This document shows, piece after piece, positions 1-10,155 of a stretch of 64,000 bases of DNA. Every line of letters begins with the position of its first letter. The stretch's first letter is position 1. The DNA lies in the NCBI GenBank assembly GCA_963802945.1, contig CAWDKY010000027.1, positions 128,001 to 192,000 of the forward strand, in the 5' to 3' direction. Position numbers and translations under genes: made by a program. The notes beneath the pieces are model-generated. The model saw only the letters and a program-made list of their open reading frames with translations, did not search any database and had not been told where the DNA came from. The stretch comes from an uncultured delta proteobacterium. GTDB lineage: Bacteria; Desulfobacterota; RBG-13-43-22.

Positions 1-913
1 TGAAGAGCCGCAGAAAAAGGGCGTGTCCAGCCTCTTCGGACAGGTGACTGAAAAAAAGATAATCCCGCACGGGCGGGCATAACCTGCAAGCCGCCAAGGC
101 CCCGGCCGAAGAGATAAATCCATCCACGACCACCGGTACATGAGCTGAAGCCGCACCCAGACAAAGGCCGCAGATCCCGGCAATCTCCAATCCCCCCAAG
201 GCGGCCAGGGTGCTGAGCGGATCGGTCAGTCTGTCCTTATTAACTTTCAACGCCTTTTTAATGACTTCAATTTTTTTGATTAGCCGGATATCATCAATAC
301 CGGTCCCGCGGCCGGTGATATCTTCCACCGGACAAGGAAGTAAAGCGGCAAACAGGGCCGAAGAAGGAGTGGTGTTGGCAATGCCCATTTCTCCGGTCCC
401 CATCAGGGTTACGCCCTCTTGCACCGCAGATTGGGCCAGGTCGATCCCAACTTCTATGGTCTGCGTTGCTTCTGCCAGGGTCATAGCCGACCCTTTGGCG
501 ATATTTGCGGTGCCGGATTTAACCTTGCGGCGAATAAGATTGGGGGCATCGGTCAAAGGATCATCCACCCCAATGTCGATTACAGCAACTTCCGCCCCGG
601 CCTGTTTGGCCAGAACATTGACAGCAGCGCCGCCGGCCAGCATATTTCTGACCATCTGGGGAGTCACCTCTTTAGGATAGGCGGAAACGCCTTCTTCAGC
701 TACCCCGTGATCCCCGGCGAAGGTAAAAATCTTTTTTCGGCCAATAGTTGGCTTGATCGAATTAGTAATCAGACAATATTGAGCCGCCAGGTCTTCGATC
801 CGTCCCAAACTGTTGGGTGGCTTTGTCAATTGATCCAGATGATTCCTTATGGACGGTTCGAGAGATCGATCAACGGGTTTGATGGATTTGATGGTTTGGG
901 TTAGTTTATTCAT
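1..913 (-). CDS. cobT: Nicotinate-nucleotide--dimethylbenzimidazole phosphoribosyltransferase (3' end runs off window)
   Basis: Manual minus-strand translation from ATG at 913 gives [30 protein letters not shown] and VVVDGFIS, all CobT motifs. Absent from the ORF track because no stop lies in the window. Confidence 0.93.
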   Translation of the reverse strand, partial: MNKLTQTIKSIKPVDRSLEPSIRNHLDQLTKPPNSLGRIEDLAAQYCLITNSIKPTIGRKKIFTFAGDHGVAEEGVSAYPKEVTPQMVRNMLAGGAAVNVLAKQAGAEVAVIDIGVDDPLTDAPNLIRRKVKSGTANIAKGSAMTLAEATQTIEVGIDLAQSAVQEGVTLMGTGEMGIANTTPSSALFAALLPCPVEDITGRGTGIDDIRLIKKIEVIKKALKVNKDRLTDPLSTLAALGGLEIAGICGLCLGAASAHVPVVVDGFISSAGALAACRLCPPVRDYLFFSHLSEEAGHALFLRLF

Positions 914-1125
914 GCTTTCCTCTAAATAATATTTTTTGCTCTCCCCCCTCCACTGTCTCAGTCAAAGGGTATCGGGCTGGTTTGAAGTTTAATTTATTCC
1001 TTGAAGAAGGAACCTTAGGCGATGTCTGCCTTAAAAAATCCAAAATGGCTCCTGTCCGCAATTGGCTCTCTAATCCACCTCAACTATATATTCACTTTAT
1101 AAAAAAGGGTGCTGAACCTTAAAAG

Positions 1126-1920
1126 TTAACGGCCTTTAAAGTCAGCCAGGCGTTTCTCAAAAAAGGCCTTTACCCCTTCCGAGTGATCCTCGGTTAGGGA
1201 GGCCAGTAATACCTGATCCGAATCCATATGCATTATGGCCTTGTCCAGGGCTGAAGTGATGGCATTCACGCTTCTTTTTATCATCTGAGCGGCCACCGGG
1301 GGCATGGCCGCGTAATTTTCGGCCATTTCCATCGCCCGGTCCATTAGCCTGTCGCTCGGGACAACTTCATCCAAAAAACCCCAATTAAGCAGAGTGGTTG
1401 CATTTTCCTTTTGAGCGAGAATTACAAAACGCTTGGCCCTGGCCGGACCGATCAAGTGCACGCACAGCGGGAGACTGACCCAGCTCAAGGGGATGCCCAG
1501 GGCTCCTTCGGGATAAGCGACAAAACAGTCTTCAGCCCCAATACGGAAATCCAAGGCCGAGACGATACAAGCACCTCCACCCAAGGCCCCACCATTAATC
1601 GCTGCTATGGTGATTTGGTTCATTTCATGGAGTTTCTGAATCATCCTTGGACCCAGATGAAATTGTCGCTGTTTGCTTATTAACGAAGCGCTGGAAGCCG
1701 CTGCTCTTTTGGGGTCCTTCAGGTCAGCCCCAGAACTGAAATGCTTGCCTTGCCCAGTGAAAATCACCACCCGCGTTTCAGTATCTTCCTGGAACTCATC
1801 GGTGACCATTTCAATTTCCCGCATAAGGCTGTTGTTCAAGGCGTTCAACCTGACAGGTCGGTTAAGCTTAACGATTGCGATCCGGCCATTTTTTTCCACA
1901 ATCAGATTTTTATAATTCAT
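1126..1920 (-). CDS. Enoyl-CoA hydratase/isomerase (crotonase) family protein
   Basis: LNRPVRLNAL, FSSGADL and IAAINGGALGGG motifs; C-terminal EGVKAFFEKR. Confidence 0.9.
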   Translation of the reverse strand: MNYKNLIVEKNGRIAIVKLNRPVRLNALNNSLMREIEMVTDEFQEDTETRVVIFTGQGKHFSSGADLKDPKRAAASSASLISKQRQFHLGPRMIQKLHEMNQITIAAINGGALGGGACIVSALDFRIGAEDCFVAYPEGALGIPLSWVSLPLCVHLIGPARAKRFVILAQKENATTLLNWGFLDEVVPSDRLMDRAMEMAENYAAMPPVAAQMIKRSVNAITSALDKAIMHMDSDQVLLASLTEDHSEGVKAFFEKRLADFKGR

Positions 1921-2007
1921 CTTTTTTGGTTCCTTGCCTCTTACTGTTAATTCTAATTATGAGGATCACCCATTCGGTTATGAGATCACGTCTGCCGATA
2001 TTCCCCC

Positions 2008-2833
2008 TTAGGCTTGGGCCTTAGCCGCCATTTTCTTCATGATATTGGCAATAATCAGATCCTGGGCCAACTGCCTGCCGGCAGACATGGCCGGCGAGAA
2101 TCTCCTGATAAAATCGATCTCTTCCGTTGTCGGCGCCTCCGTTTGGCTCAAATCCGCGGCGATCTTCAAATCCCAGGGAACTTCCTTTTGGATATCTTCA
2201 ACCTTTACGCCGGGATGAATTTTAGCCAGATACATCTCTTTGGTTATGCGCATCGAACCTGAAAATCCCCTGGGTGCTGATCAGCATCGACGGCCCCGAT
2301 CCTTTGGGAAAAAGACCGGATCTATCACGGCTGTCGCCGCCGTCCAGATATCCGGGAGAGGTCACGTAATCGAGCTTATTCACGAAAGATCCGCCCCGCA
2401 AAGTCAGGATCGTTTTCTTCGAATAGGAAAGAAAATCGGCCGCGCCGCCCGAACCGGTCAATCGCAATGAAGGTTTGAAGTAGTCGCCGATAGCGGTCGT
2501 ATTGATGTTGCCGTATTTATCAACCTGACCGACGCCGAGAAAACAGGTATCCACAAAACCCCTGTAGGTCATGGTGAAGGCGGTGAAAAGATCCGTGGCG
2601 TAGGAAAACCCTCTTATGCCGCAGGCGTCCGCAATATGGTTCAGAGGCAGCAGGGGCACGAAATCGATCAGACCCGCTTCCATCATGAGAGTGGCGTGCG
2701 GGGCATATAAGGCCTTGGCTACGGCACCGGCCGTAGTCGGCAATCCCACGCCAAGAATGACGTTTTCGTAATCCTTGATTTCTTTGGCAACGGCGATAAT
2801 CAATAATTCATCAAGCGTATAGGGCTTACTCAT
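2008..2833 (-). pseudogene. CoA-transferase beta subunit (glutaconate CoA-transferase GctB-like), split by a +1 frameshift near 2250
   Basis: ORF 2222-2833 has GVGLP, QVDKYGNIN, GSGGAAD and DYVTSPG. ORF 2008-2253 continues with TKEMYLAKIHPGV...VPWDL. May be a sequencing indel. Confidence 0.8.
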
Positions 2834-3873
2834 AAAGTTTCCCTCCCTCTTTCAATTTCGCTTCAAATTCTTCGATGGTTAGGCCCAAGGTCCTGTGCCT
2901 GTTATTTTCATCCCAGGCCGAGGTATAGGCCGAACCATAATTGGCCGGTGCGGAATAGAACGGCCTCGCTTTTATGGCATTCAGCGACTCGATTCCAAAC
3001 TTGGAAATATAATGATCGATATAGGCTGGCGCGGTCTTTACATCCGAAGCACCACTCGTCAAGCCAGGTTTTGATTCCGTCGGCGGTCGTATCGGCCAGG
3101 TTAAACATGGCGTGCATGGGGAAGTCCAGATTGTAACAGCCGATCAATTCCGTGGGGTGGGCGTTCCAGGGTATCTCGATGAGCGCATCCACGCGGAAGG
3201 CCGGTATAATGGTCAGATGCGGACTGGACTGAATCACATCATGCTCGACAATTTCCTCGCAGGAAACGATGATTCTCTTGCTGGCCAGGGATGCGGCGGC
3301 AACACTTCCGAGCGCGCCCCAGTACTGGGCGTTGCCGTATTTATCAGCCCGCTGAACATGCACAATGCAGACGTCAGGATTTAGGGCCGGGACGGTCAAT
3401 ATATCCTTTCCCGTATAGGGGGATTTAATAATACGGTATTTGTTCTCCCCCATAAAAGTGCGTTTCCGAAACAGATCGGTTTCGATCGTTCCTTCCAGCA
3501 CCTGGATGAAATCAAAGCCATGCATGCCCGCAACCATCATGGCATTGTACTGAAAGTTGGTATAATCTTCGATCTCGATGGTTCCGGCCATCAAGGCACG
3601 TTCCAGGGCAGAGCCGCCGGCTTTCCCGCCGGCCCTCATGCAGTAGGTCGTCAATAATCGATCGACGCAGCCGCCGGCTATCAGGCATTCCACGTCCAAA
3701 ATTCCCGATTGGGAATACAAGGTGAGTCCTTTCCTTCCCTGCCGGATCACTTCGAAGACCATGTCCATGCAAGTTCCGACCGTGTAATTGCCGATGACCA
3801 GATGATCACCGTCATGCACAAACTTGCTGATGGCCTCCTTTACGGTCATAATCTTGTTGATTTCTTCTGTCAT
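2826..3873 (-). pseudogene. CoA-transferase alpha subunit (GctA-like), split by a frameshift near 3030
   Basis: EAISKFVHDGD, PALNPDVCIVHVQRADKYGNAQ and AHPT motifs; the C-terminus continues in ORF 2826-3062, which overlaps the beta-subunit start. Confidence 0.8.
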
Positions 3874-3975
3874 ACAGGCCTCCTGTCTTTCTTAGTTTAA
3901 TACTTCTTGATTTTATAGGGACTCATGAAGACACCTTGATGTCTCTGAGTAATCTAAAGGTCTTAAAGACTTATT

Positions 3976-4803
3976 TTACTGTTTTTTTGAAACGGAATTA
4001 TAATAGTTTTCGTCCCTCAGGCCATCGACACATTCAAGGGAATACATGTTCGGGGGCGAAAAGTCAAAGAGCATTTCAAGAATCATCATCACGATTCGGT
4101 AGGTCAACCCCCATAACACCTCGGGAACTTCTTCATCTTCATGGAGGAAACCTGGAAAATCCTGAACGACTTCATCATTACTGCCCGGATAGGCTTCAAA
4201 ACGCATTCGATAGCGGACATAATTTTCGGGCTTCAGAAAATCTTTTATTGGGATGGAAACCACCTTTTCCACTTCCCGGTTGGGAAAGAATCGTTTCTGA
4301 TTCCTGATCCAAACCACCATTGGGTAGATGAATTTTTGAAAAGATTGGAGCGGCTGTGGCGGCATGGGGCCGAGAAACTCGATCCGAAAAGGATTAAGAC
4401 GCATTTCTTCCAGGGATTCTCTCAGACCAGTGGCCAACAAAAGAGAGAGCCGGCCAGCTTCCAGCCTTCTCCGAGTCCGCCATTCCTTCCAATAGGGCCA
4501 GCGGCCCAAAGGGAAAAAGGGGAGTCCCAAAAATTTTGCCACTATGGAATCGATATGATGAACAATGCCTCCGCCCGGAAAACAAAGGTCTCCTGACTGT
4601 CTCACCAGTTGTGATCTTTTATTAAATACAAAACAAAGTTCCTTCTCTGGCTCCTTTTCTTTAAGGCCTTCACTTAAAAGGCAAAGAACAACGGATGAAT
4701 CCGTTGAATCGGAAAGGGTTTCGGGAAAAAGGCAAATTTCCCGGTTTTGTTTGGCCAGTGTTTCCGTAACCTGGGTTATAAATGGTCTGAATTCCTTTGA
4801 CAC
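3976..4803 (-). CDS. Nudix hydrolase, CoA pyrophosphatase-like
   Basis: KRS..VRQSGDLCFPGG, Nudix box GLRESLEE, NREVEKV and LWGLT motifs. Confidence 0.8.
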   Translation of the reverse strand: MSKEFRPFITQVTETLAKQNREICLFPETLSDSTDSSVVLCLLSEGLKEKEPEKELCFVFNKRSQLVRQSGDLCFPGGGIVHHIDSIVAKFLGLPFFPLGRWPYWKEWRTRRRLEAGRLSLLLATGLRESLEEMRLNPFRIEFLGPMPPQPLQSFQKFIYPMVVWIRNQKRFFPNREVEKVVSIPIKDFLKPENYVRYRMRFEAYPGSNDEVVQDFPGFLHEDEEVPEVLWGLTYRIVMMILEMLFDFSPPNMYSLECVDGLRDENYYNSVSKKQ

Positions 4804-4911
4804 CTTTTGTCTTATGCTCTCTTTTCCTATTGAGATTTTATCCGACCTGTTATATCTTTTATCAAATATTGTACGTTTAGGCCAATTATTTCAACGGAAA
4901 GGAACCGGGAC

Positions 4912-5907
4912 ATGACAACAGAAGAATGGACCCCAGGAAAGCTATTGGAAATATCCGGAAATTACTGGGCGGCTTGTGCTGTCCAGGCCGGAGTCAAATT
5001 GGGTATTTTTTCGCACATCAGCAATCAGCCACTCAGCGGACAGGAAATTGCTCACCAACTGAATGGGGATCTGAGGGGCGTCACCATGCTTCTTAACGCT
5101 TTGACGGCCATGAATCTTTTAATGAATAAAGATGGGGTCTATTCTAACACGCCTTTCAGCTCCGCCTTTCTGTCAAAGGAATCCCACCAGTACATAGGCT
5201 ATATGATCATGCATCATCATCATTTAATGGCTTCCTGGTCTCAATTGGACAAAGCGGTATTAACCGGAAAGCCGATTCGAGGCCGGGCCTCTTTTGAGGA
5301 TGAAAAAGTCAGGGAAAGTTTTTTGATGGGCATGTTTAATATGGCCATGATGCTGGCCCCGCGCCTGGCCTTCATTATTGATCTTTCCGGTAAGAGACAT
5401 CTTCTTGACCTGGGCGGCGGCCCTGGAACTTACGCTATTCATTTTTGTCTGAAAAATCCCGGGCTCAAGGCCACAGTCTACGATCTGAAAACTACCCGGC
5501 CTTTCGCTGAAAAAACCATCGCCAGATTCGGCCTTACAGAGAGAATTGCATTCCAGGATGGGGATTATGTCAACAACGATATCCAGGGGACCTTTGATGC
5601 GGCCTGGCTTTCTCAAATCCTTCACGGCGAGGGCCCGGAGGAAGCTCAAAAGATCATCCAAAAAGCGGTCTCGGTCCTTGAGCCCGGGGGGCATATTCTG
5701 ATCCACGAATTCCTTTTGAACAATACCCTGGACGGCCCCCTGCATCCGGCCCTTTTTTCTCTGAATATGCTTCTGGGTACGAACCAGGGCCAATCTTATT
5801 CGGAACAGCAAGTCATGGATATGATGGCCAAGGCCGGGGCCGGAGAAATCCGCCGCCTGCCGATGCAAACCCCCAACGATTCAGGGGTGATCCAGGGGAC
5901 GGTTTAA
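4912..5907 (+). CDS. SAM-dependent O-methyltransferase with dimerisation domain (ASMT/CrtF-like)
   Basis: LDLGGGPGT SAM motif, N-terminal winged-helix dimerisation region, LFSLNML motif. Confidence 0.85.
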   Translation: MTTEEWTPGKLLEISGNYWAACAVQAGVKLGIFSHISNQPLSGQEIAHQLNGDLRGVTMLLNALTAMNLLMNKDGVYSNTPFSSAFLSKESHQYIGYMIMHHHHLMASWSQLDKAVLTGKPIRGRASFEDEKVRESFLMGMFNMAMMLAPRLAFIIDLSGKRHLLDLGGGPGTYAIHFCLKNPGLKATVYDLKTTRPFAEKTIARFGLTERIAFQDGDYVNNDIQGTFDAAWLSQILHGEGPEEAQKIIQKAVSVLEPGGHILIHEFLLNNTLDGPLHPALFSLNMLLGTNQGQSYSEQQVMDMMAKAGAGEIRRLPMQTPNDSGVIQGTV

Positions 5908-6076
5908 TAAGGTCTCGTTGTTTTCCTGATGTCTTAACGAGGGGTTCCCATCAATACTTCTGGGGAGGAAAAACAAACTTCCGGGTTTCAAAAAAAGTTT
6001 GATCGGTTATGGTGAGGAAGGCGGCAAAGAAATAACCTGTTGAAATCGATTAGATTCGCGATGGGGATGGTCTGTC

Positions 6077-6234
6077 TTAACAGGATGCGGAAAAACTCAT
6101 TTTTACAGGTTGCTCAAAAAGGTTCAGATACAAGACGCCCGAAATCCCGAGGAATGAGTCGTACATAGAAGTACGTCGCAATGACGAGGGATGAGGGCAA
6201 CGCAGTAGATGGGCCTTTTTCAGCAACTTGTTAA
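6077..6234. mobile_element. MITE-like non-coding element with terminal inverted repeats
   Basis: Left end TTAACAGGATGCGGAAAAA matches the reverse complement of the right end (TTAACAAGTTGCTGAAAAA) at 16/19. The core GCGTAC/TCGTAC-ATAGAA-GTACG is shared with 48650-48872. Confidence 0.65.
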
Positions 6235-6375
6235 GGTTTCCTCTTTCACCTCCTCTGGTCAGACTTGGCGATGCCGTGGGCTCCGTGAAAAAAATTAAGG
6301 GAGAGCCATAAACCGGATGGAGGGGCAGGGTTATGTCTCTTGTCGGCCAGGGGATGAAGAACCAATCGGTATGGT

Positions 6376-6819
6376 CTATAAGGCCTTTATTTCAGAGGTG
6401 CAACTGGGACACCGTGTGGCCTTGATCGGGATCACGGAAAAACAAAATGGGCATTCTTTGGTGGTCAGTGCGGCAGGTTCCGGTTCCTTTTTAAGTTTGT
6501 TGATCTGGCGGATCGTTAAGAAGATGACGAAGGCGACGATTAAAAAATCAATAATGGTATTGAAAAAAATACCATATTTGATCGTCGCCGCTCCGGCTTT
6601 TTTGGCCCCTTCCAAGGTGGCAAAAGATTGATTGGAAAGGGTTATAAAAAGATTATTGAAATCCACCTTACCCAAAAGTAGACCTATGGGTGGCATCAAG
6701 ACATCATTCACAAAAGAGGTGATAATCTTACCAAAGGCCGCTCCGATAATGATGCCCACGGCCATGTCCATTACATTTCCCCGCATAGCAAATTCTTTAA
6801 ATTCTTTCCACATATTCAA
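6376..6819 (-). CDS. mscL: Large-conductance mechanosensitive channel with C-terminal zinc-ribbon (CPFC...CPSC)
   Basis: [28 protein letters not shown] signature. Confidence 0.96.
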   Translation of the reverse strand: MNMWKEFKEFAMRGNVMDMAVGIIIGAAFGKIITSFVNDVLMPPIGLLLGKVDFNNLFITLSNQSFATLEGAKKAGAATIKYGIFFNTIIDFLIVAFVIFLTIRQINKLKKEPEPAALTTKECPFCFSVIPIKATRCPSCTSEIKAL

Positions 6820-6938
6820 TCCTCCTTATAATAAGTTTAAAGATTAACTGCTCAAAACCTTAAAGGGACTGTTGGTTGAGTTATAAAACTCGGTGTAGGC
6901 TTTATTTTGTTTTTCCGGTAACATGATTCCTCCTTTTA

Positions 6939-7487
6939 TCAAATCAACCCAGGGATAAACATCTTGGTGGATTTTCGGTAGCGGGAATATTCGTCCCCGA
7001 ATCTGGCCATGTTCTCCTCTTCTTCCGCCTTAGCCGTAACTATCAGAAAGGCGGATACACCCAGGATCAATGACCCGCTCAACAAGGTCGTGTGTTTTAA
7101 AAAAATCCCCCAACCTAGCAATAACAATGAGGAGTAAAGGGGATGACGGATATATTTGTAGGCCCCGATGGTCACTAAATTAGCGGTATTTTCAAATCCC
7201 AAATCGGAAGAGCCTTGGACAGGGCCCTGGGGTTTTCCGATCTTTCGGAGGAGATAAAATCCATGGATGGCCAGAATAAGGGAAGCCGTCAACAAAGCCC
7301 ATGAAATCAGTTGAAAAACGGAATAAGGATGTTCGATCCAATAACTTATATTGATCAATAAAAGGATCAGTAGCAGCTCAAAGGCAAAAAAGCGGTAAAA
7401 CCCATGGGAGCGAGGCCTGGGTAATGATTGCCGGGAAATAAAAATAATTCCCAAAGAAACAACAGCAAAAATAATCCCTTTGACCAT
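6939..7487 (-). CDS. Isoprenylcysteine carboxyl methyltransferase (ICMT/PEMT) family membrane protein
   Basis: LVTIGAYKYIRHPLYS and EEE...FGDEY..Y motifs; multiple TM segments. Confidence 0.85.
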   Translation of the reverse strand: MVKGIIFAVVSLGIIFISRQSLPRPRSHGFYRFFAFELLLILLLINISYWIEHPYSVFQLISWALLTASLILAIHGFYLLRKIGKPQGPVQGSSDLGFENTANLVTIGAYKYIRHPLYSSLLLLGWGIFLKHTTLLSGSLILGVSAFLIVTAKAEEEENMARFGDEYSRYRKSTKMFIPGLI

Positions 7488-7634
7488 GGTCGGCCCTTCC
7501 TTAATCGGGTAATCAGTGCAGTGTATCTATCTTCCCTTACCATATCTCTTTTATCATAATTCCCGCCAAACCGGAACTCCAGATTGAAAAGACTGGATTC
7601 TGGATCAAGCCTGCCTTAGTGTCTTTTCTTCTTG

Positions 7635-7702
7635 GATTAACGCTGGCTCTCGCCTGTGAGAGCCGCGTAGTGGCCCGAATCCGGTGCAGAAGCAAGTTAG
7701 GC
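7635..7702 (-). repeat. attC site
   Basis: Minus strand GCCTAAC-ttgcttcTGCACcgg...GTTAATC; the stop codon of 7697-8182 lies inside R''. Confidence 0.75.
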
Positions 7703-8182
7703 CATAGGTCTTATCCAACCCAAGGGCAGTATGCACGGCACTTTCTTCTTATATTCACGATATCCGGAACCAAACACGGACTCCAAATAGTTTTCCTCTT
7801 TTTTGACCAATTGACGTAAGATGAGGTACATGAATATCGGTATGGTCAGCGCTATCCAACTGTTTACTAAAAGGGCTATTCCGGGGACAATAAAAACCAC
7901 CCATGATGCATATAACGGATGGCGACAACATCTGTAAATGCCGTTGGTTACAAGCTTATCAGCATTGTAGGCGCGCATAACTGTTTTAGCCGAAATTATA
8001 TAGAATGGTATTCCAATCACTATCAGCGCCATTCCAAGGATAATCAGAAACCGATGAGGTACGAAATCTATTTGGAAGACAGGATGGAAATAGCGGCTTA
8101 TTACGATAGTCACCATTCCGTAGCCGATCGATAGAGCCGCAAATATTGGACCTGAACCCCATCTGCTCATTTTTTCTTCCAT
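7697..8182 (-). CDS. ICMT/PEMT family membrane methyltransferase (gene cassette)
   Basis: LVTNGIYRCCRHPLYAS and EENYLESVFG..Y.EY motifs. Confidence 0.85.
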   Translation of the reverse strand: MEEKMSRWGSGPIFAALSIGYGMVTIVISRYFHPVFQIDFVPHRFLIILGMALIVIGIPFYIISAKTVMRAYNADKLVTNGIYRCCRHPLYASWVVFIVPGIALLVNSWIALTIPIFMYLILRQLVKKEENYLESVFGSGYREYKKKVPCILPLGWIRPMA

Positions 8183-8203
8183 ATCTATTATCCATTCAAA
8201 GTT

Positions 8204-8276
8204 ATTTAACTACCCAGTTGCACCTGACCGCAGGCTTGCGCGCTATCAGTATAATCAATATCAAAAGCCGTTATGG
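8204..8276 (-). repeat. Atypical or hybrid attC-like site
   Basis: CCATAAC (overlapping the stop of 8271-8876) ... GTTAAAT. The arms pair poorly, and the plus strand reads TAAC-tacccagt-TGCACCTGACC like an inverted half-site. Confidence 0.5.
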
Positions 8277-8876
8277 GACTTGCCTTTTCTGCATCAGGCA
8301 CCTCCAGGCCCGGGGTGGATTCGGGTGATGAGATCCGAAATGGCCGGAGGTAAGTGAAAGAACCTCAAAATAAGGCTCCACGGCCAAGACGATATCTCCG
8401 GCGGCCCGTTGAGGTGGACCAGGACCTTGGCGATGCTCATCAGCGTTGCCAACGAGGGTCAGCCACAGGCCGGCTTCTTCCAAATGAGCAGCGACATTTT
8501 TGGCAAAGCTTCTTCGATCATTTTCAGAACCGAAGGAGTGAAAACAGCCCCGGTCAAATACAAAACCAAAAGGAGCACCTTCAATTTTGTTCTTAAGAAA
8601 ATCAACCAGCCTGAAATCGCATTCGACCTTGGCTTCAGCAGCTTTTTCTTTGGCCTTCTCTATAGCAATCTCCGAAGTGTCGGTAGCAATAACCTGAAAG
8701 CGGTTCTGGGCAAGCCAGATGGAATTGTCTCCGGTTCCACAGCCGATATCTAAGACTTTGCAGCTCAGAATAGGTTTTTGGGTCACCACTTCGATAAGAT
8801 TGAAATCCGGCTGGCCAATGTCCCAAGGCGTGTTCCCTGATTGGTATCTTTCTTGGTAACGCTCTTCAACGGTCAT
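8271..8876 (-). CDS. Class I SAM-dependent methyltransferase, thiopurine/tellurite methyltransferase-like (gene cassette)
   Basis: TPWDIGQP, VLDIGCGTG and VFDRGCFH motifs. Confidence 0.85.
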   Translation of the reverse strand: MTVEERYQERYQSGNTPWDIGQPDFNLIEVVTQKPILSCKVLDIGCGTGDNSIWLAQNRFQVIATDTSEIAIEKAKEKAAEAKVECDFRLVDFLKNKIEGAPFGFVFDRGCFHSFGSENDRRSFAKNVAAHLEEAGLWLTLVGNADEHRQGPGPPQRAAGDIVLAVEPYFEVLSLTSGHFGSHHPNPPRAWRCLMQKRQVP

Positions 8877-8966
8877 CTAATCACTCCTCGTCATAAGTTA
8901 GCCATAAGAGTCAAGAGTAGACTCGACCCCATCCTCAAGAACACAAAAAGCTCGGGCAGCGGCCTT

Positions 8967-9374
8967 CTACTCGGAACCGGAGCCATAAACATCAAGATAG
9001 CGCGAAGTTGCTCCCCAGTTCATAAGCCTGGTATAGCCGGCCTGTTCGAGGTCCTTGATGACCATCTGTGCCCTTCCGCCGGTTTCACAGGTCAGTATGA
9101 GATACTGGGTTTTTGGTATCTCACCGAGCCTTTCCATGATCTGGCTCGACGGAAAGCTCTTGGCAGTCGGGATGTGCGACTTTTGATAGGCATCTTCGGG
9201 ACGGACATCGATGATCCAAATGTCTTCCCGCGGTTTTTCTATAAGCTCCTTTAGCTTGGCCGGTTCAAGGTACTTTTTTAATATTCCCCCATCACTACCC
9301 ACATACCCCTCGTAACAACCCGCGAGCAAGGCCACAGAAATCAAAACAATGAACCAGGCGACATGTTTTTTCAT
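8967..9374 (-). CDS. Rhodanese-domain lipoprotein
   Basis: Likely start MKKHV at 9374, lipobox LLAGC, IIDVR...Y...HIPTA, active-site loop CETGGRA. Confidence 0.8.
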   Translation of the reverse strand: MKKHVAWFIVLISVALLAGCYEGYVGSDGGILKKYLEPAKLKELIEKPREDIWIIDVRPEDAYQKSHIPTAKSFPSSQIMERLGEIPKTQYLILTCETGGRAQMVIKDLEQAGYTRLMNWGATSRYLDVYGSGSE

Positions 9375-9643
9375 ATGGTATAATCCCCCCGATAAATGTC
9401 TTTGCGATGGCCGACCTTTACTACCCAAACCGTAAGGTCCTTGTCTTGAATGGAGTATACAATTCGATATCGTCCTTGACGGAGGCGATACCTTTCCTGG
9501 CCGGTCAGCTTTTCACAATCTGATGGCCGGGGATCTTCGGCCAGAGTTCTGATCCGCCGGAGTATCTTCTTCAAATCGCTCTTGGCTATGGCCGCAAAAT
9601 CCTTCTCAACAGATTCTCGGAAAAAGATTTTATATGCGGCCAT
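9371..9643 (-). CDS. RelE/ParE family type II toxin
   Basis: DPRP..CEKL.GQERYRLRQGRYRIVY...VVKVGHRKDIYR. Confidence 0.9.
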   Translation of the reverse strand: MAAYKIFFRESVEKDFAAIAKSDLKKILRRIRTLAEDPRPSDCEKLTGQERYRLRQGRYRIVYSIQDKDLTVWVVKVGHRKDIYRGDYTI

Positions 9644-9866
9644 CTTTTTTCAGTCTTTTTACCATCTCATCATAACGGATCAAAGGCTCTCCCGCCCTCC
9701 CTTCAAGCGCTGCAAAATCCTCGGCGTCTTCCACCAAGGCTTCTCTGACGGCCTTATTGATAAGCTCCGATACGGAGGTTGAGGTCTCAACGGCCTTTAG
9801 TCGCAGGGCTTTATGAAGCTCGGGTTTTAAATAGACCGTAGCTCTCTTGACTTGTGTCGACATCAT
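9630..9866 (-). CDS. CopG/ribbon-helix-helix antitoxin
   Basis: RATVYL..ELHKALRLKA...SVSELIN RHH pattern; overlaps the relE start. Confidence 0.85.
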   Translation of the reverse strand: MMSTQVKRATVYLKPELHKALRLKAVETSTSVSELINKAVREALVEDAEDFAALEGRAGEPLIRYDEMVKRLKKDGRI

Positions 9867-9890
9867 GGCACCTCCAGATGTAGTTAAATA

Positions 9891-9919
9891 ACCATAACAC
9901 TATAACGCTATTATGTCAA
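9891..9919 (-). promoter_or_regulatory. Sigma70 promoter of the TA cassette
   Basis: TTGACA-17 nt-TATGGT upstream of a GGAGG RBS. Confidence 0.7.
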
Positions 9920-9941
9920 TGACGTTACATTAAGTCTTTAA

Positions 9942-10087
9942 AACCAACGACGAAATTCAGGGCGAGGCGGGAGAATCCCACCGATCCTGTGCAATGCAAT
10001 GTTAGGCCGCATATGGGTACTTAGGCTAAGTTAACTTCCATTGGTCTCAAACAAAATTCAAATATCAGGGCTGACCCTGATATTTCT
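9942..10087 (-). repeat. ORF-less module copy 1: GGGTCAGCCCT hairpin + ~55 bp spacer + attC (attC 9942-10007)
   Basis: Near-identical to 11930-12075 and 12550-12695; perfect 11-bp stem AAATATCAGGG/CCCTGATATTT at 10060-10085. Confidence 0.9.
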
Positions 10088-10155
10088 CCACTTCTCCCTC
10101 GATTCATGACATGGTACCAGGCATCCGGATATTCTATTCTCAACGGTCTGGACAT
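10081..10155 (-). pseudogene. 5' remnant of a REP-associated tyrosine (HUH/Y1) transposase (RAYT-like)
   Basis: Translates MSRPLRIEYPDAWYHVMNRGRSGE, the typical RAYT N-terminus, then runs into module copy 1. It is preceded by the motif GGGGGCAAGTCTGCTTTTGAC (10186-10209). Confidence 0.8.

Noticed and set aside
210-904. Plus-strand ORFs 210-680 and 419-904
   Set aside because: They are antisense shadows of cobT; the same applies to most short ORFs overlapping uvrA, pdxA, the c-di-GMP genes and ctpA.
6376-6460. MscL C-terminal zinc ribbon as a novelty
   Set aside because: This extension is common in MscL from anaerobes.
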